A stretch of 63,980 nucleotides of DNA, counting the filler, from Peribolospora baueri (Eukaryota), in NCBI GenBank assembly GCA_029717555.1. It is 8 parts of 8 records of this genome, joined end to end, with 100 filler letters (N's around TTAATTAATTAA, not from the genome) between each part and the next. Parts side by side here need not be neighbours in the genome. Positions count along the whole stretch, not along the records: positions 35,898 to 44,627 come from JAMDHS010000186.1; positions 44,728 to 53,154 come from JAMDHS010000187.1; 6 more parts are not named here. One strand, 5' to 3'. The notes under the pieces are model-generated. The model did not search any database, was not told the origin of the DNA, and worked only from the letters and a program-made list of their open reading frames with translations. The position numbers and the translations under genes were made by a program. This document shows, piece by piece, positions 35,996 to 47,861 of this stretch. Numbering within the stretch: position 1 is the stretch's first letter; each line of letters begins with the position of its first letter.

Positions 35996-36907
35996 AAGGA
36001 AAGACCAGATTGTGGAGACGGTGAGAAGAAGGGCCTGCTGCGAGGAAAATGATGAGAAGTTGCTGTGCTTCTTGTCGGCGACGAGACTAGTCACCACCGG
36101 AAAGAGCAAGGGCCTGGACGGGAGCTGCGCACGTGACCGACCCTCTGTGGGATTCTGTCTATTGGTCCGGTCATCTCCGCTTGTGTCCGCCTCCCGTTCT
36201 GGAGGGACGCTAGAGCAGTCCTCACTCCGTTAGTTCTCGGATCCTTGCGCCCTCTCTGTCTCTTCCCCATTCGAGGGCTAGACCCCTCACGAGTATAGAA
36301 GGGGCGCTCCGGGAGCGACCCCTATGTGACAATCTAAGTGATCCTTCCTCACATAAGCGTCCGGGACTATGTGAGCCCTCACACGTGACCGACCCTCCGC
36401 TTCTTTCCGCTCCATCGTCCTTGTGGAACCCGGTCCCTATTCTCCCTACCTGCTCACCATCCCATGTCTCTTCCGACGATAACGCTCTCGGGCAGATCGA
36501 TAGAGATCCATTCATGCGCTTAGCTGAACACCAGGGAGGGGGGCGCGCACTCAGACGGAAGGGACGAAGGAACGAAGAATAAGAAGAAGAAGAGGAAGAG
36601 AATAAGAATAAGTACGTGAGGTGTATCCGCTTGTCGATGTGCCCGCTGTCGCAGCCGTCGGCGCCATTCATCGCCGCCATCGCTCACACCATCAACGTGA
36701 TCCCGGAACACAACGACAACGACGCCGCTGTGACTAATAATAATTATAAGGCGCCACCGGCGGGCTCTTCTACGTCAACGTTCTTCGCGCGTCGAAGCCG
36801 ACGGCAGCAAAACGCCGTCCAGGTGCCGCTGGCCGCCCTTCTTTTTTTTTTTTCCGCCACATCTGCGCCGGCCGTCCCAGAGGAGCGTCCGCCGTCATCG
36901 CGCAAGG

Positions 36908-36913
36908 TATAAA
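36908..36913 (+). promoter_or_regulatory. Putative TATA box of the small secreted protein gene
   Basis: TATAAA followed by a CT-rich leader, ~200 nt before the ATG at 37117. Confidence 0.5.
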
Positions 36914-37116
36914 GGACAGCCGACGCCGGCAGCAGCGAACTCATCCTCTCTTCCACGTTCTCTCCTTTTTTTTCCCTTAACCCTCTCTCTTCTGTTTCTC
37001 TGCTTGCTGTTCAGCCGCCGGTCGGTTGCAATAATCCCACAGCTCTCTCTTCTTCCTTCGCTCGCGCCGCTCGACCTTTATATTTTACATTTCACTTCCT
37101 CGTCAAGCAGACCGTT

Positions 37117-37688
37117 ATGTTCTTCAACTACAAGCAGGTCTTGGCCGCCGTCGTAGCCGCTTCGGTTGCTTCTTGCGCCGTCGCTCTCCCCGTTCCTGCG
37201 TCTAGTGACAACGTGAGCGTCGAACCGAGTCGGCACGCGCTTGCTCGCTCGCTCGCTCAACGCACGCCTTGCATTTGTTTCCTCCCTCTCCTATGACCCA
37301 TACCCACCCACTCCCGGCGGCCGTCCATCCAAAGGCCCTCACCATCCCGGCCGACGTTCAGTATGAGCGAGCGCTCGCTGCAAGAGAGGACCTCTCCGCA
37401 CGTCAGCTCTCTCATTCTGAGTATTTCCCTCGCCACCAACTTCAGTATGATATGGAACAGAGTGGAGAGCTCAGCGCCCGGGCCTCGTGGAACCCGATGA
37501 ACTGGTTCAAAAAGAAGCCAGATACCGGAGTCGCTCCCCCGCCGTACTCGCCGCTTAGACCCGACGGTAACCCTCCTCCTGTTGGGGCTCCCGGTACGAG
37601 ACCCTTCCCTTCCGGCAACACCAAGCCGCCCCCGTACTCCCCGCGCTCCGCTGAGGACGAGGAGTCGGTCGAAGAGCTGTACGCCTGA
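37117..37688 (+). CDS. Small secreted protein (~149 aa) with LxAR sites and two PPPY motifs
   Basis: Signal MFFNYKQVLAAVVAASVASCAVA-LPVP. Intron 37213-37334 is in frame with ORF 37269..37688. Confidence 0.75.
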
Positions 37689-38599
37689 GTCTGGAAGTGG
37701 AGCAGAGCCCTTCTTGAGACTACGCCGACGATGCCGCGTTCGCACGGAATTTCATCGACGAGGTCTTGTAGATAAAATACTTCAGAAAAACATTTAAAGG
37801 ATGCCTGGATTTTCGGGTCGGTGGATTGACGGTGATCAGGCTCGCTCGTATGGCCCACGTCCGCCGTGGGAATCATCGATGTAGTCGCTCGTGAAAGACG
37901 ACAGCGACAACGAGTTTTCACGATAGACTCTTGGTCGACGCCTCATCATCGCACTTTGACTATTACTGCTCGATCCCTGAGACTGCCACTCCCATGGCCT
38001 CCACTCCGACTGCGCTCCCGGCTCTACTCCCTCCGTTTGGTGTCCACACGGTGGTTGGGCGATAACGTCCGGTGACAAGTGATGACTCCTGACGAGGCCA
38101 GATCTACATTCGATACCTCTGTGGCCAAGCATAGGAAGGCGCAGCCATGGTGCATCTAGGATAGGCGCCCGCGAAGGCGTGCCTGGCCGGACCCCAGCCT
38201 CTCGCCTTGGTACGTCCAGTATCGCCTGGCGACGGTGTAGGTATCGCCGAAGCGGGCAGTGGTCGTTACGTACCATCACACGGACCGAAGGAACGATCGT
38301 AGCGGGCTCGAATGACCACGCGCGAGTTCAAAACGGTCATGATCTGGAAAGGAGATGGTGCGAACCGAATGGGTATGATGAAGAGCCCGAAAAACCTCCC
38401 CGCTCGACCCACGCAAAGGCGCTTTGTGCTCACCCACTGTGACAGAGGGCAAGGCGAGCGTGCATACGTGTGCAACAGGAGGCGTGTCCAGCAGGACGGA
38501 CGATTGAGCCTTCTTCAAAATGCCCAGTTGACATTGCTGTATGATCCGTCGTCCACCCACCTTTAGACAAAATGAAGTGAAAGTCATCAGAAAATTAGT

Positions 38600-39800
38600 G
38601 CTTACCACTGCGCCGGTTGCGATCGTGACGGTGATCAGATTGTCGATCAGGCCGTTAGTCTTCGCGAACGCCGTTTTGGAAGTAAGAAGTTGACCGTAAA
38701 GTGCCTGTTACCGGGCACGACAGAAGGGAACTCGCCGGTCGCTGAGTGACGGACGACAAAGACATCACAACCAGTAGCGATAGAACACCCGAAGATTGCC
38801 GAACTGCTCACAATAGCGATTAGGATATCATTCATAGCGCTTTCGACGAGCCACAGGATCACGTAACTCTGCACTTGATCCTGTGAAGGACCCCGACAAC
38901 GGGCCGTTGACAAAAGAGAGGGTAAAGTTAGTCAAAAAGCTTCATCTACGGCGAGTATGACAGTAGCGGTGGAAGCTGTGACAGTGGTCGACTAGCCACG
39001 TAGGCACTGATGTGGGGGAAACAAAACATACGAATTCGGAAAAACTGAGGTGCTTTCGGTAAGCGTAGATTGTGACGCCCCATCCGGCTGCAAATTGCAT
39101 TGGCACAGATAGCGAGAACCGTTATGGCCAATCTGCGTAAGCCGAGAGACAGACAGCGAGTCAGGACACGACGGCAAAACAAACCCTAACCCGATCAGAA
39201 AGATATCTTGACCGAGATCATCATCAGTTGATCACTCACACTACACCCCAAGACTAATTGAATATTCTGTGAGCATAAAAGGTATGGGCGAGGTGGCATC
39301 CACTCCAGGGATCGTGATGAAGGTATGATCAGGAACGGCGATGAACGCTAGATCACCCCACCCGGCAACTGAAAATTGCCAGCCAGTCACGATACATAGG
39401 ATCCTAGTAAATAATGATCGAGGATGAAAGCGTGTCATTGAGTTGACGAGGAGAATGTGCACCGTGTCAGCTGTTCGCTCTGCGCAGGTCAATTCGCAAG
39501 CATACAAAGGATTGTGCAATTTGCGAAGCGATTACATACGAGTCGACCATGTCGATAAGAAAGAGGAATAGAACGCCAAAACGGAATACTGCGGAGTCTT
39601 TGGGCCGGATCATGCAATAGAAGTATACCTGTGCGCTACCGAGCGACAGACGTAATAGGTAGCACGGATGAAGGAACGCACGGAGTCATATAAGCCATCA
39701 GAATTAGTGAGATAGGGGACGACGAACCAAGCATCTTTCCACCTACATGAAGATGCCCCAGAGGCCCCAGTTCACGACAGTCCTGAAAATCTTTTGACGG
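38600..39800 (-). pseudogene. Multi-exon DUF6534-type integral membrane protein, probably damaged or truncated
   Basis: Exons read VVNWGLWGIF, VYFYCMIRPKDSAVFRFGVLFLFLIDMVDS, VILWLVESAMNDILIAI and SKTAFAKTNGLIDNLITVTIATGAV. A stop follows GIFM and no clear C-terminus is seen. Confidence 0.6.
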
Positions 39801-40004
39801 CCACAGACGACGTAGGTAGGAGGAAGAAGAAGGGTCAGGATGGCATCTGCGAGTGAGTCAACGGCAATGCCCGCCACGATTCTCGCTGGCAAGAGGCGGC
39901 GAGGAGCGACATCGCTTCGATACCGTGCCCCTCTCGCCCCTCGATATGAAAGCTAACGAGGCAAATGGAAAAGAAGAACACACCGATGTAGATGGGTCCT
40001 ATGG

Positions 40005-41424
40005 CGACGGCTACCCCTGGATCCTCCGTGATTCCAAAGAATTTGTTAAAGGGATCACAAACCTATCCCGGCAAATTTCGCCGACACAGCGGCTTTGCCT
40101 TGTATCTGGCGACGTTGAGGGAATGTATCCCTCCATTCCCACTCAGGAAGGGTTGCGAACACTGCGCTCCGTCATCTCCAAGTCTGGGTACGATCAAGGC
40201 ACAAAGGATCTCATCCTTTCCTTGCTCACCCAAGTCCTCTGGAACAACTACTTCACTTTCTCCGGGGTTACCTACAAGCAAATCCGAGGAACAGCCATGG
40301 GGACTAGCTGCGCATCAGCGTACGCCAACCTCTTCATGGCCTGGCACGAGCAACAGCTCACCTTGGAACTGCTTCCCCAGGCAAACGTGTTGTACATGCC
40401 AGGTACATTGACGATATCTTCGCCGTGGTTGCCCTCACAAGCAACCAACGGAATGAAAATGACGTCCTCGACGTTCTTCGCCCGCTTCTGGCAAGTATCC
40501 ACCCGCAGCTTAAGATAAGCATTAAAGCTTCCCTCACAAAGCTTGAATTCCTGGATGTGGAAGTGTTTGTGAAGGCCAACCCCTTCACCCACCTCTCCAA
40601 CGATGGTCTCGGAACCCGAACCTTCCAGAAGAGCCTTAACGCTTATCAATACATCCCCTGGTCCTCCTACCATCCAGTAGCTGTCAAATCGGCCTTCATT
40701 AAGGCCGAACTGACGCGGTACATCCGTAACGCTTCAGAACTGGAAGACTACTTATCGGTACGTGATCTCTTCTTCCAGAGACTCCGAGCACGCGGTTATC
40801 CCCCTCGGTATCTCAGGAAGGGTTTTCTCAGTCTCTTTACTACGCTCTCCGCGAGCGAGCCCTTTCAGACGCACCCCCGGCTGAAAGAGAGACGAGCGAC
40901 GCTACGAAGCCGCCACCACAGCTCGTGTTCAAATCCTTATACAATCCCATCTGGGATGGAGTCGATTTGCGTCCCGTCTGGGACCTTTACCTCTCCCAAT
41001 GGGTTGATTTCGGGTTCGTCCCTCGAGGCACTCGGATCATCAACTGTAAAAGGAAGACGCGTAGCCTCGGTGACTTCTTCAACGCGTCAAAGAAGAGATC
41101 TATCCAGGGGAGTCGCGTTAAACGCGTGCAGTTGGATTATGACCCTAATCCTAATGAACTAGCCACGCGACTCACCGCAGGTACGTCACCTGATCAATCA
41201 CGTGACACGGCGCCCACGCCTGTCAAGACGTGACCCGGAATTCCCACGGTGGAAATTTTCGCGATCACCACAAGGGAGAGAGCTGATCGTTGCTGCCTGA
41301 CGAGCCCCGGGCGAAAAAGCAAAAGCTTTCTGTCGCAGCTTGCTCTTTCTTCTCTTGAGGCTTCGTTTTTGTTCACAGCAGCTTCATGGCCACCCCCAGT
41401 TGACAACAAAAACCCTAACCCTAA
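40005..41424 (+). mobile_element. 5'-truncated, endonuclease-deficient Penelope-like retroelement (Coprina-like), two frameshifts
   Basis: RT motifs GDVEGMYPSIP, NNYFTF..YKQIRGTAMGT, RYIDDIF, LEFLDV and QYIPWSSYHP...RLRARGYP. C-terminus FKSLYNPIW with no GIY-YIG. Stop at 41233 and AACCCTAACCCTAA at 41411-41424. Confidence 0.9.
41279..41346 (+). ncRNA. Type I hammerhead ribozyme in the PLE 3' region (one stem III mismatch)
   Basis: GCTGC-CTGACGA-GCCCCGGGC-GAAA-aAG-caaaagcttt-CT-GTC-GCAGC. The outer AGAGC/GCTCT pair extends stem I past an internal loop. Confidence 0.75.
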
Positions 41425-41823
41425 GGCGAGGGCCAAGTGAGACAGGTCGCAAAGCACAGAAGAAGGGCTCCTCTCGGACCGCTGTAAGCTCGACCAGGGT
41501 TTGGTCGCGTTCGAGCCGTCATCGCGCTCGAGCGCTAAGACGAGGAGACGGATGCATCGCGCATCGGCCGCACACCTGTCGGGACTCAAGGTTGGACGGG
41601 AGAGAGGTCTAGGCAGCGCGGGACCTACCCCAGCAAAGATGGCCGGTCATGGCTGAATTCCAGGCAGCAGGGAGGGAGCTAGAAGCTAGGACGGATGGCT
41701 GAAGAAAAACTATAGGAAGGCGCGGGTTATACCTTGGACAATCGCCAGTTCGGAAGGTTCCGGTATCGGGAGATCCCGAGGTCGATTCCTGACACTCATT
41801 CTGAGACACCTAGTTTGCCACGT

Positions 41824-44627
41824 CTAAACTATACCCAATGCTTTCCGGCCATCCACGATAGTCACAAAGCCAGCGTGACTTCCGACGACCAACCGGCCGC
41901 TGTGAAACGCTTGAGCAGACCCTCTGTTTTCAAATGGCATCCACCATTGTCTCCTGCCCCAGTCGTCCCTCACCCATCCATCCTTGTCGACCAAGAGCAA
42001 CTTCTGCTGCGACATTTCAGCAAGTTCTTGGTTTTCCATGCCTTCGCTACCAGACGGAATAGCAGCATCATTAGCCACCTTCCACACTCGGACTTCTTCC
42101 ACCGACCTCGAGACGATCCGCTTCCCGTCTGGGGAGAAGGCGACCGAGAAGACCGGATAAGTGTGACCTTCGAGCGGTCTACCGATCGCCTCGCCCGTCG
42201 ACGCGTCCCACATCCGGAGGGTGATGTCGTCCGAACCAGAGACGATTCGCTTCCCATCTGGCGAGAAGGCGACCGAGCGGACCAGATCCGTGTGACCTTC
42301 GAGCGGTCTACCGATCACCTCGCCCGTCGACGCGTCCCACATCCGGAGGGTGTTGTCATTCGAACCAGAGACGATTCGTTTCCCATCTTGGGAGAAGGCG
42401 ACCGAGAGGACCCAACTCGTGTGACTTTCGAGCGGTCTACCGATCGCCTCGCCTGTCGACGCGTCCCACATCCGGAGGGTGTTGTCATCCGAACCAGAGA
42501 CGATTCGCTTCCCATCTGGGGAGAAGGCGACCGAGCGGACCAGATCCGTGTGACCTTCGAGCGGTCTACCGATCGCCTCGCCCGTCGACGCGTCCCACAT
42601 CCGGAGGGTGTTGTCATCCGAACCAGAGACGATTCGTTTCCCATTTGGGGAGAAGGCGACCGAGACGACCGGACCCGTGTGACCTTCGAGCGGTCTACCG
42701 ATCGCCTCGCCCGTCGACGCGTCCCACATCCGGAGGGTATTGTCTTCCGAACCAGAGACGATTCGCTTCCCATCTGGGAAGAAGTCGACCGAGAAGACCC
42801 AACCCGTGTGACCTTCGAGCGGTCTACCGATCACCTCGCCCGTCGACGCGTCCCACATCCGGAGGGTGTTGTCTTCCGAACCAGAGACGATTCGTTTCCC
42901 ATCTGGGGAGAAGGCGACCGAGAAGACCGGACCCGTGTGACCTTCGAGCGGTCTACCGATCGCCTCACCCGTCGACGCGTCCCAAATGCGGAGGGTGTTG
43001 TCGTCCGAACAAGAGACGATTCGCTTCCCATCTGGGGAGAAGTCGACCGAGAAGACCCAACCCGTGTGACCTTCGAGCGGTCTACCGATCGCCTCGCCCG
43101 TCGACGCGTCCCACATCCGGAGGGTATCGTCTTCCGAACCAGAGACGATTCGCTTCCCATCTGGGGAGAAGTCGACCGAGAAGACCCAACCCGTGTGACC
43201 TTCGAGCGGTCTACCGATCACCTCGCCCGTCGACGCGTCCCACATCCGGAGGGTGTTGTCTTCCGAACCAGAGACGATTCGTTTCCCATCTTGGGAGAAG
43301 GCGACCGAGAGGACCCGACTCGTGTGACTTTCGAGCGGTCTACCGATCGCCTCGCCTGTCGACGCGTCCCACATCCGGAGGGTGTTGTCATCCGAACCAG
43401 AGACGATTCGCTTCCCATCTGGCGAGAAGGCGACCGAGCGGACCAGATCCGTGTGACCTTCGAGCGGTCTACCGATCACCTCGCCCGTCGACGCGTCCCA
43501 CATCCGGAGGGTGTTGTCATTCGAACCAGAGACGATTCGTTTCCCATTTGGGGAGAAGGCGACCGAGAGGACCGGACCCGTGTGACCTTCGAGCGGTCTA
43601 CCGATCGCCTCGCCCGTCGACGCGTCCCACATCCGGAGGGTATTGTCTTCCGAACCAGAGACGATTCGCTTCCCATCTGGGGAGAAGTCGACCGAGAGGA
43701 CCCAACCCGTGTGACCTTCGAGCGGTCTACCGATCGTCTCACCCGTCCACGCGTCCCACATCCGGAGGGTGTTGTCTTCCGAACCAGAGACGATTCGTTT
43801 CCCATCTGGGGAGAAGGCGACCGAGACGACCGGACCCGTGTGACCTTCGAGCGGTCTACCGATCGCCTCACCTGTCGACGAGTCCCACATCCGGAGGGTG
43901 TTGTCATACGAACCAGAAACGATTCGCTTCCCGTCTGGGGAGAAGTCGACCGAGAGGACCCGACCCGTGTGACCTTCGAGCGGTCTACCGATCGTCTCAC
44001 CCGTCGACGCGTCCCAAATCCGGAGGGTGTTGTCGTCCGAACCAGAGACGATTCGCTTCCCATCTGGGGAGAAGTCGACCGAGAAGACCCAACCCGTGTG
44101 ACCTTCGAGCGGTCTACCGATCACCTCGCCCGTCGACGCGTCCCACAACCGGAGGGTGTTGTCTTCCGAACCAGAGACGATTCGTTTCCCATCTTGGGAG
44201 AAGGCGACCGAGAAGACCCGACCCGTGTGACCTTCGAGCGGTCTACCGATCGTTTCGCCCGTCGACGCGTCCCACATCCGGAGGGTGTTGTCATCCGAAC
44301 CAGAGACGATTCGTTTCCCATCTGGGGAGAAGGCGACCGACTCGACCCAACCCGTGTGACCTTCGAGCGGTCTACCGATCGCCTCGCCCGTCGACGCGTC
44401 CCACATCCGGAGGGTGTTGTCGTCTGAACCAGAGACGATCCGTTTCCCATCTGGGGAGAAGGCGACCGAGAAGACCCAACCCGTGTGACCCTCCAGGACG
44501 TGCAAGCACGCAGTCCAGTGGGATGCTGTGCCCCTCAACACTTTTGGAGCCTTGCCGAATTGTGGCATAAAAGTTTTATAAAGGATTGTTTCCTTTGGTG
44601 TAAAAGGGAGGGCTGATTTATAGGTAT
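41824..44627 (-). CDS. C-terminal WD40 sensor region of a NACHT-WD40 NLR (18 near-identical 43-aa units plus 1 terminal unit); 5' part cut by contig end
   Basis: 914-aa ORF of 129-bp tandem units LEGHTxxVxSVxFSPDGKRIVSGSxDNTLRMWDASTGExIGRP, preceded by TYKSALPFTP. Confidence 0.93.
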
Positions 44628-45100
44628 NNNNNNNNNNNNNNNNNNNNNNNNNNNNNNNNNNNNNNNNNNNNTTAATTAATTAANNNNNNNNNNNNNNNNN
44701 NNNNNNNNNNNNNNNNNNNNNNNNNNNAAAGTCGAAGGGCTGATCAACAGCGGCTTCGTGTGAAGGAAGGAAAAGCGAATGAGGAAGCAACTGAGAGAGG
44801 AAAACCCGGGGTTTTTATACCAAAGCGCTGCTCGGGAGGAGCTGTCTGGTGGCCCCGAGGAACCGGTGCCAAAGGCGAGAGAGCTTGCGTCGTGGGGGTC
44901 AGAAACGCAGCATGACGCAGGCTCGACGAGAATGGATAGGGCGTCGTCTACCTATTGGGCGTCGCTCGCCGCATAAACCATGAACCGCCACTTGAAGCCG
45001 GCCACCGGCCGACCGTGCCGAAGGGCGGATCCTTGTCCATTATTCTGATAGTCAGACACGGAACCAAGTCAATGCTCTGCGCAGTCGCTGGGCGGCTCCG

Positions 45101-45454
45101 ACCCTAACCCTAACCGAATACATGGACGGCACTCCACCCCGGCCAGGCTGGCTTTGGAAGAGGCTGGAGCTGCCTCTCCAACCTCCTCATTGCAGACCAT
45201 GTCGCTCGACGAAGACCCCATAGCATTGCCATTCTCCTGGACTTCAAGGCGGCATATGACTCGGTCAAAGCAGAGCATGTCATAGCAGCACTTGCAGCTA
45301 AAGGGGCCCCAGCCCATTGGCAGGCTCTAGCCTTCTCCTCAATAACCAGCGGCGCCTCAGCATCCCTCGTCGTCAATGGACTTGAAACAGCCGCGTTCGA
45401 AAGACACTGTGGCCTCCCACAAGGAGCCCCAATCTCCCCGGTCCTCTTCAACTT
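45101..45454 (+). mobile_element. Inverted RT fragment of the same LINE family, preceded by (CCCTAA)2
   Basis: 45112-45454 is the reverse complement of ~46013-46354 with a few substitutions. It begins with accctaaccctaacc. Confidence 0.88.
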
Positions 45455-47861
45455 CGGTCAAGGCCTGCCAAGCTAGGCCGGCGTTCTCGCGTCCTAGTCC
45501 GGATCCAGTGGTAGGCGAGGGGCGCGCCATAGTCGACGATGGGCCGGCAGAAAGCACGGTAGACCGTGAGCCGGTTGGCGAGGGGCCAGTCTCCGCCCCG
45601 CGCTTGCAGGAAGCGAAGGAGTCCATCCATCTTGTTGGTACACTTGCTGACGTAGGTTGGGAAGTCGATCCCCCTCGGTGTAAGGGGGAGGCCCAGGTAC
45701 TTATAGCTCTCTACCTGCGGGATGGGAGTGCCGTAGATGGAGAGGTGAACCGGGAAAGGAGCCACAATACCACATTTGGAGACATTGTACGTCATGTCGT
45801 GCTTCTGCGCCCACTCTGTGGCCTCCTGGAGGAGGCGTTGGGCTTCTGACTTGTTCCTGGCCCAGATAGCTCCATCGTCGGCAAAGAAGAGACCGGAGGG
45901 GGCAGCAAGTGGGTGGGAGGGCGAGCGGGGGCAACCATTATCGTCCACGTAGCCGCCTTGGTAGTCTGGGCCATTTGGGCTATTGAGCTTCCCCACCAGC
46001 GGATCTACGAAGAAGTTGAAGAGGACCGGGGAGATTGGGGCTCCTTGTGGGAGGCCACAGTGTCTTTCGAACGCGGCTGTTTCAAGTCCATTGACTACGA
46101 GGGATGCTGAGGCGCCGCTGGTCATTGTGGAGAAGGCTAGAGCCTGCCAATGGGCTGGGGCCCCTTTAGCTGCAAGTGCTGCTATGACATGTTCTGCTTT
46201 GACCGAGTCATATGCCGCCTTGAAGTCCAGGAGAATGGCAATGCTGTGGGGTCTTCGTCGAGCGACATGGTCTGCAATGAGGAGGTTGGAGAGGCAGCTC
46301 CAGCCTTTTCGAAAGCCAGCCTGGCCGGGGTGGAGCGCCGTCCATGTGTTCGGTTTGGCTTGGAGTCCTGGCAGGATGCCGATCTCGAAGAGGCGCCGGT
46401 CGGCAGGAGGGAGATTGGTCGAAGGTCCTTGGCAGTTGGGTTGGTCTCCACCTTGGGTAGGAGGGTTACGATGGCCTTTCCCCATCGTGGTGGAGTCGAG
46501 GCCATACGTGCGCAGGTGCGAAAGAGCATGGTGAGTTGGGTAAGAAAGGGGGAGTTTTTCACTGTGGCCAGGGTCTGGATGATCCTGATCTGAATGCCAT
46601 CTCGTCCACCTGACTTGACCCGGGGATACCTTTTGATGATCTTGAGAATCCTTTCCTCCGTGAGGAGGGTTAGTAACCCATAGCCATCCTCCTTGTAAGC
46701 CGGTAGGTCCCATGAGGGTGGCTCCGGGGGTGGAAGATCTTTTCCCCAGATCTTCCCCCAATGCTCGACCACCTCCTCTTCTACAGTCTTTCCCTCTTTC
46801 CTTGTGACGATGGGGCAGGGGTCACGACTTCTTTGGGCTTTTTTGAAGGCCCGGAGTGCTGCCGTGGGGCTTCCGGACTTATTGAGTACTTCGAGTGCCT
46901 TATCCGGTTGGGAGCGGATTTCGGTGGCATTGTATGTGCCTAGGACCTCCTCTGCTACGGACGCGACTGCCTGTGTCAGAGTGAGGTCCATGGCATCGAG
47001 TAGGTTGGCCGCCTCTCGCCGTGATGTGGTTGCTGCTGCCCTGTCCCTCAGCCAGGAAAGCTGTTGGGTCACTGCAGGGGCGAGAAGGTCATATTCCTCG
47101 ACTAGTCGTGTGCGGACTTGTGCTTTATCCAGGCTTCCGACTCGGAATCGTGTTAGCCCACGCCGCTGCTTGCTGGTATTACCAGTCCCATTTTGTTGGC
47201 CGAGTTTTGCAGTGACATGGAGCAGGTGGTGGTCGGATGAGTATGGGAGCTGGGAGTGTGGGATAACGTCATAGGAGGCGGTGTTGCCTTGTTGGATGAG
47301 AGCGTTATCGAGTAGAATGTCACCTGGAGGAGCGACGAGCCTTGTTCCGGTGGCTGTCATCCAGGAATGGAAGATGGTTGCTCGTCCCTCGGGCAGATCA
47401 CGTCCCCTGCCACCTAAGGTTCGGTGGAAGCGGACATTGATGTCCCCCAGGACGAGGTCTGTGGTGCCCATCTCCTGTAGTGCCTTGGCACATAGGTGAT
47501 CAGGCATGCTGGGAGGTAGGTAGATTCCTGCGAGTGACCAATGGATGGTTTGGAGGCGGACCCAGTTGTGGCCTTGCTGGTGGCCAGTAATGAGTCGTCG
47601 GATGTTGTTGTTGATGAAGATGGCTGTTCCACCGTGGGGTCGTCCAGTGGTATGTGTATCTGGTTGAATAGAGGAGGCGAAGAAGAAAGGATGTGATGAG
47701 AGCATGTGTTCTTGCATATGCCAGGTCTCCCCAGCGATGAAGATGTCGAAGTGGTCGTTGCTGATCCAGTCGGTAATGGTGTTAAGTGTGCGGAGGTCTA
47801 GCCCTTGGACATTGTGGTATGCAATCCGTAGGGGCATGGGAGAGGCATGTTGAGGATCCAT
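45448..47861 (-). mobile_element. LINE ORF2: APE endonuclease plus reverse transcriptase (frameshift near 46400; 3' end truncated)
   Basis: APE motifs LRIAYHNVQGL, GETW, IYLPP, LGDIN and SDH. RT motifs LRPISLL, QAGFR, LLDFKAAYDSV, GLPQGAPISPVLFN, FADD and YKYLG. Confidence 0.93.

Noticed and set aside
38085..38115. CTGACGAGGCC as a second hammerhead (also ~56769)
   Set aside because: No suitably placed GAAA or closing stems.
39181..39192. AAACCCTAACCC as an old telomere junction
   Set aside because: It falls inside the DUF6534-type gene, probably in an intron, and is short enough to be chance.
41990..44500. Regularly spaced repeats resembling a CRISPR array
   Set aside because: In-frame coding WD40 units with no unique spacers and no cas genes, in a eukaryotic context.
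41734..44570. 897-aa and 641-aa plus-strand ORFs antisense to the WD40 array
   Set aside because: By-product of a 129-bp repeat that lacks stops in those frames. There is no independent coding evidence.
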